DNA from: Occultella glacieicola
GTDB lineage: Bacteria > Actinomycetota > Actinomycetes > Actinomycetales > Beutenbergiaceae
Direction: 5' to 3'
NCBI RefSeq assembly: GCF_004353825.1
Contig: NZ_SMNA01000007.1
Coordinates: 310,001 to 342,302, forward strand
Length of the DNA stretch: 32,302 bases
Of the stretch, positions 21,510 through 29,949 are shown piece after piece. Both the position numbers and the translations under genes were made by a program. The first letter of the stretch is position 1. Every line of letters starts with the position of its first letter. The notes beneath the pieces are model-generated. The model was not told the DNA's origin. It worked only from the letters and a program-made list of their open reading frames with translations, and did no database searches.

Positions 21510-23080
21510 ACCAGTTCGTCCCGCCCGAGATCGACTGGGCCGCCCTCAGCCCGGTCCTGATCGTGCTCGGCCTCGCCGTGGTCGGCGTGCTCGTCGAGGC
21601 CTTCGTGCCGATGCGGGCCCGCCGTGCCACCCAGGTCGTGCTCGCCGTGGTCGGCGTCGGTGCGGCACTGGTGGCCGTCGCGTGGCGCTGGGTGGTCGTC
21701 CAGGACGAGGGCCCGACGGCGGTGGTCGCCGGAGCACTGCGCGAGGACGCCCCGGCGCTGCTCGCCCAGGCGATCCTGCTCGTCTGCGCGTTCGTGGGGC
21801 TGCTGGTGATCGCCGACCGGTCCTCCGGCGAGGACGCCTTCGCGCCCGCGGCGGCCGCGATCCCCGGGTCCGCCTACGAAGCCGAGGCCCGCAAGGCCGG
21901 ACTGGCCCAGACCGAGGTCTTCCCGCTGACCATGTTCGCCGTCGGCGGCATGCTCGTCTTCCCGGCCGCCGCCGACCTGCTCACCCTGTTCATCGCGCTC
22001 GAGGTGCTGTCCCTGCCGCTGTACCTGCTCGCCGGACTGGCCCGACGCCGTCGGCTGCTATCGCAGGAGGCGTCGCTGAAGTACTTCCTGCTCGGCGCGT
22101 TCTCCTCGGCGTTCTTCCTGATGGGCATCGCCCTGCTGTACGGCTACTCCGGCTCGGTCCGGTTCGACGAGCTGGCGACCGCGGTGCCGGCCACCTCCGG
22201 TCTGGACGGGATGCTGCTCGCGGGCGTGCTCCTGGTCATCGTCGGCCTGCTGTTCAAGGTCGGAGCCGTGCCGTTCCACTCCTGGGTGCCGGACGTCTAC
22301 CAGGGGGCTCCGACCCCGATCACCGGGTTCATGGCGGCGTGCACGAAGATCGCGGCATTCGCCGCGTTGCTGCGGTTCGTCTACGTGGTCGTGCCGGGGC
22401 TGCAGTGGGACCTCACCGTGGCGCTGTGGGTGATCGCGATCCTCACCATGATCGTGGGCACCGTGCTGGCGGTCGTGCAGACCGACATGAAGCGGATGCT
22501 CGCCTACTCCTCGGTCGCGCACGCCGGGTTCCTGCTCCTCGGCGTCATCGCCCTGGTGCCGAGCGGCATCTCCTCGGTCCTGTTCTACCTGCTCGCCTAC
22601 GGTCTGGCCACCGTCGGTGCGTTCGGCCTGCTCACCCTGGTCCGGGAGCGGGACGCCGACGGCAACGTCACCGGCGAGGCCCTGCACCTGTCCCAGTGGG
22701 CCGGTCTCGGCCGGCGCCACCCGGTCCTCGCGGTGTGCTTCACCCTGTTCCTCATCTCGTTCGCGGGGATCCCGCTCACGGGCGGGTTCATCGGGAAGTT
22801 CCTGGTCTTCGGGGCAGCCATCGAGGGAGGCGCCTGGCCGCTCGTGGTGATCGCCGTGCTCGCGAGCGCGGCCGCCGCGTTCTTCTACGTGCGGGTCATC
22901 GTGCTGATGTTCTTCACCGAGCCCGCCGGCACCGACGCCGACCCCGGCACCACCGTGGTGCGGACCGAGGGCCTGACCGCCGTGGCCGTGGTCGTCTGTG
23001 CGATCGGTACCGTGCTGCTGGGCGTGCTGCCCGGCCCGATTCTCGACCTGACGGCGAGTGCCACTAAGTTCATGCTGTGA
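21506..23080 (+). CDS. nuoN: NADH-quinone oxidoreductase subunit N
   Basis: EASLKYFLLG, FKVGAVPFHSWVPDVYQGAP, KRMLAYSS, GIPLTGGFIGK. Confidence 0.97.
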   Translation: MNQFVPPEIDWAALSPVLIVLGLAVVGVLVEAFVPMRARRATQVVLAVVGVGAALVAVAWRWVVVQDEGPTAVVAGALREDAPALLAQAILLVCAFVGLLVIADRSSGEDAFAPAAAAIPGSAYEAEARKAGLAQTEVFPLTMFAVGGMLVFPAAADLLTLFIALEVLSLPLYLLAGLARRRRLLSQEASLKYFLLGAFSSAFFLMGIALLYGYSGSVRFDELATAVPATSGLDGMLLAGVLLVIVGLLFKVGAVPFHSWVPDVYQGAPTPITGFMAACTKIAAFAALLRFVYVVVPGLQWDLTVALWVIAILTMIVGTVLAVVQTDMKRMLAYSSVAHAGFLLLGVIALVPSGISSVLFYLLAYGLATVGAFGLLTLVRERDADGNVTGEALHLSQWAGLGRRHPVLAVCFTLFLISFAGIPLTGGFIGKFLVFGAAIEGGAWPLVVIAVLASAAAAFFYVRVIVLMFFTEPAGTDADPGTTVVRTEGLTAVAVVVCAIGTVLLGVLPGPILDLTASATKFML

Positions 23081-24081
23081 CCTCTTCGATGCTCCCGCTC
23101 GGTGACCCCGAGCTGGAGACCCAGATCGCAGGCGAGCTCGACGAGATCGAACGCCGCCTGGTGGCGGCCGCGCGCACCGCGGACGCCCTGGTCTCGGGAC
23201 CCGCGAACCACCTGCTCTCCGCGGGGGGCAAGCGGCTGCGCCCGGTGCTGGTGCTGCTCACCTCGCAGTTCGGGTCCGGCGTGGACGACGCGGTACGGCA
23301 GGCCGCCGTCGCCACCGAGTTGACCCACCTGGCCACCCTGTACCACGACGACGTGATGGACTCCGCGCCGCTGCGGCGGGGGGCACCGAGCGCGCACGAG
23401 GTGTGGGGCAACTCGGTCGCGATCCTGACCGGCGACCTGTTGTTCGCGCGGGCCTCCCAGCTCGTCTCCGAGCTCGGACCGGTCGCGGTGCGGATCCAGG
23501 CCGACGCCTTCGAACGGCTGGTCCTCGGCCAGCTCCACGAGACCATCGGGCCCGGGCCCGACGAGGACCCGGTGGCCCACTACCTCGGGGTGCTCGCGGA
23601 CAAGACCGGCTCGCTGATCGCCGCCGCCGCCCACTACGGCACCCTGTTCGCCGGGGCCGGGCCGGACGTCCGCGCGGCCACGGTCGCCTACGCGGAGAAG
23701 GTCGGGGTCGCGTTCCAACTCGCCGACGACGTCATCGACCTCGCCTCGGACGCCGAGACCACCGGCAAGACGCCGGGCACCGACCTGCGCGAAGGGGTGC
23801 CCACCATGCCCGTGCTGCTGCTGCGGGCCCGGGCCTCGGCCGGCACCCTGGACGCCGAGGGGGTCCGGCTGCTCGCCGACCTCGACGGCGATCTCAGCTC
23901 CGACGACGACCTCGCCGCCGTGCTGGCGCGGCTGCGCGCCCATGACGTCGTGGACGAGGCCCGGGCGCTCGCCCGGTCCTGGTCCGCGGACGCCGTCGCG
24001 GAACTGCGCGGGCTGCCCGAGTCCTCGGCCAGGTCCGCCCTGGAGGCGTTCGCCGGGCTCCTGGTCGACCGCCTCGCCTGA
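23077..24081 (+). CDS. Long-chain trans-polyprenyl diphosphate synthase (HepT/GrcC/IspB-like), probably making the menaquinone side chain
   Basis: GGKRLRP, first aspartate-rich motif LATLYHDDVMD..RRG, KTG, second motif FQLADDVID. Small residues (Ala, Thr) at -5 and -4 of the first motif indicate a long product. GTGA overlap with nuoN. Confidence 0.93.
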   Translation: MTSSMLPLGDPELETQIAGELDEIERRLVAAARTADALVSGPANHLLSAGGKRLRPVLVLLTSQFGSGVDDAVRQAAVATELTHLATLYHDDVMDSAPLRRGAPSAHEVWGNSVAILTGDLLFARASQLVSELGPVAVRIQADAFERLVLGQLHETIGPGPDEDPVAHYLGVLADKTGSLIAAAAHYGTLFAGAGPDVRAATVAYAEKVGVAFQLADDVIDLASDAETTGKTPGTDLREGVPTMPVLLLRARASAGTLDAEGVRLLADLDGDLSSDDDLAAVLARLRAHDVVDEARALARSWSADAVAELRGLPESSARSALEAFAGLLVDRLA

Positions 24082-24154
24082 CCCGCACCCTTCGCCCCGC
24101 ACCCTTCGCCCCGCCAGCCCCCGGCGCCCCCGCCCCGCCAGCCCCCGGCGCCCC
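24082..24154. repeat. C-rich tandem repeats (14 bp x2, then 24 bp x2)
   Basis: CCCGCACCCTTCGC at 24082-24095 and 24096-24109; CGCCCCGCCAGCCCCCGGCGCCCC at 24107-24130 and 24131-24154. Confidence 0.85.
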
Positions 24155-24175
24155 TGGCGCCGCCGCGCCCCTGCT

Positions 24176-24252
24176 CGCTGAGATCGCACCTGATGCTCTG
24201 AGTTCGCACCGTGCTGGTGTGCGACCTCAGCAGCGCAGGTGCGATGTCGGCG
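24176..24252. repeat. Long imperfect nested palindrome (REP-like element or bidirectional terminator) between convergent genes
   Basis: Outer arms CGCTGAGATCGCACCTG (24176-24192) and CAGGTGCGATGTCGGCG (24236-24252); inner arms CTGAGTTCGCAC (24198-24209) and GTGCGACCTCAG (24219-24230). Confidence 0.75.
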
Positions 24253-24273
24253 GATTCCGGGACGGGTGATGGG

Positions 24274-27200
24274 TCAGGTGGTCGACGGGGAGTCGGCCAG
24301 CTGCACCACTTGCAGGCCGTGCTCACGGCTGACGTACTGACCACGGCCGGGCTCGCTGGGAGTCGGCTTCGCCGTCCCGATGAGGGCTCCCTCGTCCTTG
24401 CTGCCGGAGAGCACCACGCCGGGCGCGGCGAGGTCCCGCAGCGCCTGGAGCACCGGTTCGTACATCGCCCGGCCGGCGCCACCGGTGCGGCGGGTGACGT
24501 TCAGGTGCAGCCCGACGTCGCCGGCCTGGGCGAGCAGCGGGATCAGCGGGCTGATCGGGTTCCCGGTGGAGGTGGCGACCAGGTCGTAGTCGTCGACCAG
24601 GATGAACACCTCGGCGCCGGTCCACCAGGACCGGGCACGCAGCTGCTGCGGGGTCACGTCCGGTCCGGGCAGCCGGGAGCGGAGGTAGTCGGCGATCCCG
24701 GCGATCTCCCCGGCCGCCTGCTCGGCCGTGGTGAAGTAGCCGGCCAGGTACTCCTCGGGGATCTCGGCGAGCAGGGAGCGCCGGTAGTCCACCACGAACA
24801 GCTGGGCCTGTTTCGGGGTGTACAGCCGCTGCACCTCACGCGCGATCCCGCGGAGCAGCCCGGACTTGCCCGAGCCTGAGTCCCCGAACGCGTAGAAGTG
24901 CGCGTCCTGGCGGGGGTTCAGCCCCACCGGGCCGAGCGAGGACTCGTTGATGCCGAGCAGGATCTGATCGGCCAGCGGCGTGCCGGCGGCGAGCTCACGG
25001 ACCTCCTCGAGGGTGATCAGTTCCGGCAGCAGGCGCAGCTTCGGCGGCTGCGGCCCGGTCCAGGCCCCGTTGACCTCCTCGATCAGGTGCTCCACCCCGG
25101 CCCCGAGCGTGTTCGCCGAGCCGTCACCGTCGATGCGCGGCAGCGACGTGAGCACGTGGTGGCGGGACACCACGAGGCCGCGTCCGGGCCGGTCCTTCGG
25201 CACATTCGCGGCGACCTTGCGGTCGATGTCGGAGTCCATCGGGTCACCGAGGCGCATCTCGAGCTTGGTGCCGAACACGTCCTTGACCTGGGTGCGGAAG
25301 TCGATCCACCGGTTCGTGGCGGCGATCAGGTGCATCCCGAACGTGAGGCCACGCCCGGCCAGCGCCTGGATCTCCATCTCCATGCCATCGAACTCGGCCC
25401 GTAGGGTCGGCCAGCCGTCCACGATCAGGAACACGTCACCGTATCCGTCGTCGGCGCGGCCCTCGAGGCGGCGCTGCCGGTAGGTCTCGATCGAGTCGAT
25501 GCCCTGCTCGCGGAAGTACACCTCGCGGGCGTTCACGATGCCCTCGAGCTCGGCGAGGATCCGCCGCACCACGTCGGGCTCGCTGCGGGTCGCGACCCCG
25601 GCCACGTGGGCCAGGGAGGACATCGGCGCGAAGGTGCCGCCGCCGAAGTCCATCACGTAGAACTGCACCTCGAGCGGGGTGTGGGTCAGGGACAAGCCGG
25701 TCACCACGGACCGGGCCACGGTCGACTTCCCGGACCGTGGCCCGCCGACGATCGCCATGTGGCCGCCCGCGCCGGACAGGCTCAGCCGCAGCGTGTCTCG
25801 GCGCTGCTCCAACGGCCGGTCGACGATGCCCAGCGGGAACGTGAGCGCCCCAGCTCCCCGCCAGGACGAGGAGACCAGCCCGAGCCCGGGGTCGACGGCC
25901 AGGTCCGGCATCATCTGGTCGTAGGTGTACGGCACCTCGAGCGGCGGCAGCCACACCTGGTGGGCGGCCGGGCCCTTGCCCTTCATCCGGTCGACGGCGA
26001 TGTCGAACGTGACCCGCTTCTCCTCGGGCTCGTTGCTGGCCGGCATCGGATCCGGCTCGTCATCGGTGTCCAGGGTGAGCACCGGCGCCGCCGTGAACGG
26101 CTCGATCCTCGCCTCGGTGACGGACTCCGACGAACCGCGCACCGACCGTCGTCGGGCCTTCGGCGGCGCCGAGACGTACGCCGCACGGAACTGGATCAAC
26201 GTCGACGCGTCCGACTTCAGGAACCCGTGTCCTCCTCCACCGGGCAGCTCGAACGCGTCCGGCACCCCGATCACGGCCCGGGAGTCGGCACCGGAGAAGG
26301 TCTTCAGACCGACCCGGTAGCTCAGGTGCGACTCCAGTCCCCGCAGCTTGCCCTCCTCGAGCCGCTGCGTGGACAGCAGCATGTGGATCTGCAGCGACCG
26401 GCCGAGCCGCCCGATCGCCACGAACAGGTCGGCGAACTCCGGCTTGGCCGAGAGCAACTCGGAGAACTCGTCGGCGACGATGAGCAGCGCCGGCAGCGGC
26501 GCGAGGTCGCTGCGGCCGCCCTTTCGGGCCTTCTCGTAGTCGGCGACGTTGGCGAAGTTCCCGCTGGCCCGGAGCAGTTCCTGACGGCGGACCATCTCAC
26601 CCTTGAGGGCGTCCTGCATGCGGTCCACCAGGGTGAGTTCCTCACCGAGGTTCGTGATGATCGCGGAGACGTGCGGCATCTCCGCCATCCCGGCGAAGGT
26701 GGCGCCACCCTTGAAGTCCACCAGCACGAAGTTCAGGTCCTCGGAGGAGTGCGTGAGCGCGAGGGCCAGGACCAAGGTGCGCAGCACCTCGGACTTGCCG
26801 GATCCGGTCGCACCGATCAGCAGCCCGTGCGGGCCCATGCCCTGTTGGGCGGACTCCTTGATGTCCAGGGCGAGCGGCTGCCCCTGCGACGTCAGCCCGA
26901 CCGGCACCCGCAGCCGGTCCCGGGGCAGGCGCGGTGCCCAGGCGACGGCCGGATCGAAGTCGCGCACGTCCGGGAGCCCGAGCAGGTCCGTCAGCTCGGC
27001 CGAGACCGTCGCCTTCGGGGCGCCGCCCTCGTCCGTGCCCTCCACGAGCAGCGGCGCGAGCCGGCGGGCCGTGGCCTCCGCCTCGGCGATACTCATCTGG
27101 TCGGCGATGCCCCGCTGCGGCGGGAACCCGCGCTGCAGCACCTGCATCGGGGTCAGACCGGCGTCGGCGCCGGCGCGGACCGTGGCGTAGAGCTGGACCC

Positions 27201-28263
27201 GCATGGTGTTGCGGCTGCTGAGTTCCTCCCAGGTCTCCGGCAGGTCCAGGACGGTGACGCCCATGACCCCCTCGGGGCTGACCAGCGGGTTGTCGCCGGG
27301 AATGTGCCCGCCGTCGACCACGACCAGCACGTGCGGCCCGTCGAACTCGCCGTTGCGCTGGAACCGGCCGCGGTCGTGGATGCCCTTGGGGAGCAGGCCG
27401 TCGATGTCGGCGTACGTCTCACCGATCATCCGGGCGGCCCCGACGGCGTCACGCTCGTGGGTCGAGTGGGCATGCGGCAGCCATTTCACCCATTCCCACT
27501 GCGGCAGGGCGTCGGGGGCGGCGACCACCGCGATCTGGAGAAGCTCGGGGGCCACGAACGTGGCGAGGTGGCTGATCATCGCGCGGGCCAACGACCGGGA
27601 CGGCTCGGCCGAACCCGCCAGTTCGACCCTCGCGACCGTGCGGATGTCGACACCGAGGGGCAGGGAGGGCTGGTTCGCGTGGGTCACCAGGAACCGGTGC
27701 GCCGCGGACGCCGACACCGGGTCGAGCTGGGCCAGCGGCGACGTCTGGGGTGGCTCCAGCGTCAGCGACAGCGGCTGCGTGGAGCTTCCGATCCGGGTGC
27801 GGAGCAGGTTCTGCTCCCCGGGTGGGCGCTCCCAGACCCGGGCTCCCTCCTCGGCGACCACCGGCAGGGCCGAGGGGTCCGGCATCAGCCACTGGGTGTG
27901 GTGGCGCTGACGCTTCGCGGCGCCGCGGACCGTGGTGCGCATCTCGGACAGGTAGGCCAGGTACTCACGGCGCGCCGAGACCACGTCCGAGGTGTGCTGG
28001 GACTTCTGCCTCCAGATGTTCACGCCGACCATGGACAGGGCCATGAACAGGAACATCCCACCCATGAGGAAGGTGCGGCCGCTCGGCCCGCCCTGGCTGA
28101 ACGTCAGGACCGCGATCGATCCCATCGAGCCCAGCATCGGCAGGGCCGTGGTGAGTGTGTTGCTCGCGCCCTCGGGCTTGATCAGCTCGGGGGGTGGCTG
28201 CAACTGCAACTGACCGGTGGGAACCTTCGGCGGCGCGAGGCGTGAGGCCGGGCCTGCGGACAT
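24274..28263 (-). CDS. eccC: Type VII secretion FtsK/SpoIIIE coupling ATPase, EccCa-EccCb in one chain (1329 aa)
   Basis: Starts MSAGPASRLAPPKVPTGQLQLQPPPEL after a GAGGAG RBS. Two TM helices, WEWVKWLPH, LDIKESAQQGMGPHGL. Three Walker A motifs (GATGSGKS, GGPRSGKS, GDSGSGKS) and Walker B regions ADEF, VDGW, VDDY. Confidence 0.95.
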   Translation of the reverse strand: MSAGPASRLAPPKVPTGQLQLQPPPELIKPEGASNTLTTALPMLGSMGSIAVLTFSQGGPSGRTFLMGGMFLFMALSMVGVNIWRQKSQHTSDVVSARREYLAYLSEMRTTVRGAAKRQRHHTQWLMPDPSALPVVAEEGARVWERPPGEQNLLRTRIGSSTQPLSLTLEPPQTSPLAQLDPVSASAAHRFLVTHANQPSLPLGVDIRTVARVELAGSAEPSRSLARAMISHLATFVAPELLQIAVVAAPDALPQWEWVKWLPHAHSTHERDAVGAARMIGETYADIDGLLPKGIHDRGRFQRNGEFDGPHVLVVVDGGHIPGDNPLVSPEGVMGVTVLDLPETWEELSSRNTMRVQLYATVRAGADAGLTPMQVLQRGFPPQRGIADQMSIAEAEATARRLAPLLVEGTDEGGAPKATVSAELTDLLGLPDVRDFDPAVAWAPRLPRDRLRVPVGLTSQGQPLALDIKESAQQGMGPHGLLIGATGSGKSEVLRTLVLALALTHSSEDLNFVLVDFKGGATFAGMAEMPHVSAIITNLGEELTLVDRMQDALKGEMVRRQELLRASGNFANVADYEKARKGGRSDLAPLPALLIVADEFSELLSAKPEFADLFVAIGRLGRSLQIHMLLSTQRLEEGKLRGLESHLSYRVGLKTFSGADSRAVIGVPDAFELPGGGGHGFLKSDASTLIQFRAAYVSAPPKARRRSVRGSSESVTEARIEPFTAAPVLTLDTDDEPDPMPASNEPEEKRVTFDIAVDRMKGKGPAAHQVWLPPLEVPYTYDQMMPDLAVDPGLGLVSSSWRGAGALTFPLGIVDRPLEQRRDTLRLSLSGAGGHMAIVGGPRSGKSTVARSVVTGLSLTHTPLEVQFYVMDFGGGTFAPMSSLAHVAGVATRSEPDVVRRILAELEGIVNAREVYFREQGIDSIETYRQRRLEGRADDGYGDVFLIVDGWPTLRAEFDGMEMEIQALAGRGLTFGMHLIAATNRWIDFRTQVKDVFGTKLEMRLGDPMDSDIDRKVAANVPKDRPGRGLVVSRHHVLTSLPRIDGDGSANTLGAGVEHLIEEVNGAWTGPQPPKLRLLPELITLEEVRELAAGTPLADQILLGINESSLGPVGLNPRQDAHFYAFGDSGSGKSGLLRGIAREVQRLYTPKQAQLFVVDYRRSLLAEIPEEYLAGYFTTAEQAAGEIAGIADYLRSRLPGPDVTPQQLRARSWWTGAEVFILVDDYDLVATSTGNPISPLIPLLAQAGDVGLHLNVTRRTGGAGRAMYEPVLQALRDLAAPGVVLSGSKDEGALIGTAKPTPSEPGRGQYVSREHGLQVVQLADSPSTT

Positions 28264-28295
28264 GCAATGACTCCTCGGGTGCTGGTGGCCGCTCC

Positions 28296-28301
28296 AGCCT
28301 A
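28296..28301 (-). promoter_or_regulatory. Putative -10 (TAGGCT) of eccC
   Basis: TANNNT hexamer about 20 nt upstream of the eccC RBS. Confidence 0.5.
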
Positions 28302-28348
28302 CTGGGCCGACGCCGCGGCACCGCGGGCGCCGGTCCACCGCGACGGCG

Positions 28349-28378
28349 GGGTGGATGGGCACCTCGACCCATCCGCCC
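28349..28378. promoter_or_regulatory. Inverted repeat GGGTGGATGGG-N8-CCCATCCGCCC, candidate shared operator of eccC and eccD
   Basis: Arms match at 10 of 11 positions; the centre, 28363.5, is equidistant from both candidate -10 hexamers. Confidence 0.5.
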
Positions 28379-28425
28379 GGCTCGTCCGGGGGTCGGGGCA
28401 GAAGGAGGCGCGGGTCGCCGGTGGC

Positions 28426-28431
28426 TACTAT
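28426..28431 (+). promoter_or_regulatory. Putative -10 (TACTAT) of the eccD-RDD/FHA transcript
   Basis: Near-consensus hexamer in otherwise very GC-rich DNA, 66 nt before GTG 28498. Confidence 0.55.
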
Positions 28432-28497
28432 GGCGGGAGCCAGCGGGCACGGTGGACCCTGCCACCGAGCCCACCGACCGGAGCGCATGGGGGGACA

Positions 28498-29910
28498 GTG
28501 AGCACCTCGGCACCCGCTCGCCTGTTCCTCGCGGTCGTCGACGGACCCGACCGGGCGGACATCTCGGTGTCGCCGGACGCACTCGTCGGGGAGGTGCTGC
28601 GCGCCCGTGGTGCGGACCCGGACCGGGTGCTCGCGGTCTCGTCCTCCGGAAACGTCCTCGACGTCGACGACCCGATCGGACGTCACCTCGGCAACGGAGG
28701 CGTGTTGTGGCTGGTGGGCGGCGGCACGGCCGGCCCGGCCACCGGTCGGGACACGTCCACCGGGCGACGGCCCCGGCAGGTGCGGCGCCGAACCCCCACG
28801 GGCAGCGCCGGTTGGCTGGCCTGCGTCGCGGTCACCGCGGCGTGTGCCGTCCTGGTGCTCATCCACTCGCTGTCGGTTGGGACCGGGTCGGGGGTGCTCA
28901 CCGACCCGTTCCGGTATGCGGTCGCCGCCCTGCTGGCGGCGGGCGCCGTGGTCCTGGCCCTGCGTCGAAGCGGTGACCAGGGTGGCACCACCGTGGCCGG
29001 CTCGCACCTGGTCGACGAGACGATCCTCGGCCCGATCCTCGCGTTCACCGCCGGGTTCCTGCTCGCGCCGCCGGACCTCTACGCCGCCCTGCGGCTGGCC
29101 GTCATGATCGGCATGGTCGCAGGTGCCTCGATCGCCTCCCTCCGGCTCGCGGTGAGCACCTACCACCAGGACGCGTCCACGGCCGTGGCGTCCGTGCTCA
29201 CGACGGCATGGGTGTCCCTGGCCGTGCTGTTCGGGCTCGCTCTGCTGCTCGACGTGCCCATCCACGTCGCCCCCGCGCTCATCCTCGGCGCGGTCCCGCT
29301 GATGTTGCGCGCGATGCCGAGCGCGTCGATCGCGGTCCCGGACGAGCAACTGCTGGACCTGTCCTTCGTGGCCCGGACGGCCACCTCGGTCCGCGGCCGA
29401 GCCCCCAGGCCGCCCGGACGCGTGCAGTGGCAGCAGGTCGAGCGATCGGTCCGGTACGCGGAGCGGCGCAAGGCGGCCGGCCTCGGGATCTCGAGTGCGC
29501 TGGTGGTGCTGATGGCGCCGCCGGTCCTGGCGGCGTACGAACCGGGCACCATCACCGGGTGGGCCACGCTCGCCCTGTTCGCGTTCCTGGTCATCACGCT
29601 GGGTCTCGGACCCCGCTCCTACCGGGGCGTCGTCGAAAAGTCCGCGCCGCGGTTCGCGCTGCTGGTGCTGCTCGTCGAGATCGCGTGGACGGCCCGGGTG
29701 GCCCCGGACGCCGGCCTGTGGTCCCTTGTGGTCATCGGAGCCGGACTCGGGATCGCCCTGCTCACGATGGCCATCGTGACCGGGTGGCGCTCGGTGAAGT
29801 GGTCCCGTGCGGGCGACGTCATCGAGGGAATCGCCATCGTCTTCGTGATGCCTGCGGCACTCCTGGCCGCGGGGGTCCTCGAGGGCATGCAGACCGTGGC
29901 CGCCGGTTAG
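28498..29910 (+). CDS. eccD: EccD-like T7SS membrane protein (N-terminal ubiquitin/YukD-like domain plus about 11 TM helices)
   Basis: N-terminus RLFLAVVDGPDRADISVSPDALVGEVL...LDVDDPIGRHLGNGGVLWLV resembles a YukD fold. Many hydrophobic segments; EccD-type ending SRAGDVIEGIAIVFVMPAALLAAG; next to eccC. Start GTG 28498 after GGGGGA rather than 28267. Confidence 0.75.
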   Translation: MSTSAPARLFLAVVDGPDRADISVSPDALVGEVLRARGADPDRVLAVSSSGNVLDVDDPIGRHLGNGGVLWLVGGGTAGPATGRDTSTGRRPRQVRRRTPTGSAGWLACVAVTAACAVLVLIHSLSVGTGSGVLTDPFRYAVAALLAAGAVVLALRRSGDQGGTTVAGSHLVDETILGPILAFTAGFLLAPPDLYAALRLAVMIGMVAGASIASLRLAVSTYHQDASTAVASVLTTAWVSLAVLFGLALLLDVPIHVAPALILGAVPLMLRAMPSASIAVPDEQLLDLSFVARTATSVRGRAPRPPGRVQWQQVERSVRYAERRKAAGLGISSALVVLMAPPVLAAYEPGTITGWATLALFAFLVITLGLGPRSYRGVVEKSAPRFALLVLLVEIAWTARVAPDAGLWSLVVIGAGLGIALLTMAIVTGWRSVKWSRAGDVIEGIAIVFVMPAALLAAGVLEGMQTVAAG

Positions 29911-29949
29911 TATGCCCGGGGCAGGCGAGGGCGAGTTGAGGGGACGTTG

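Noticed and set aside
24082..24252. Possible CRISPR array, tRNA or att site at the synthase-eccC junction
   Set aside because: Repeats are adjacent or inverted with no unique spacers; no cloverleaf, cas gene or integrase nearby.
28267..28497. Longer EccD start at ATG 28267
   Set aside because: It would fill the whole divergent promoter region and overlap the eccC RBS; the extra residues look non-coding, and GTG 28498 has an RBS.
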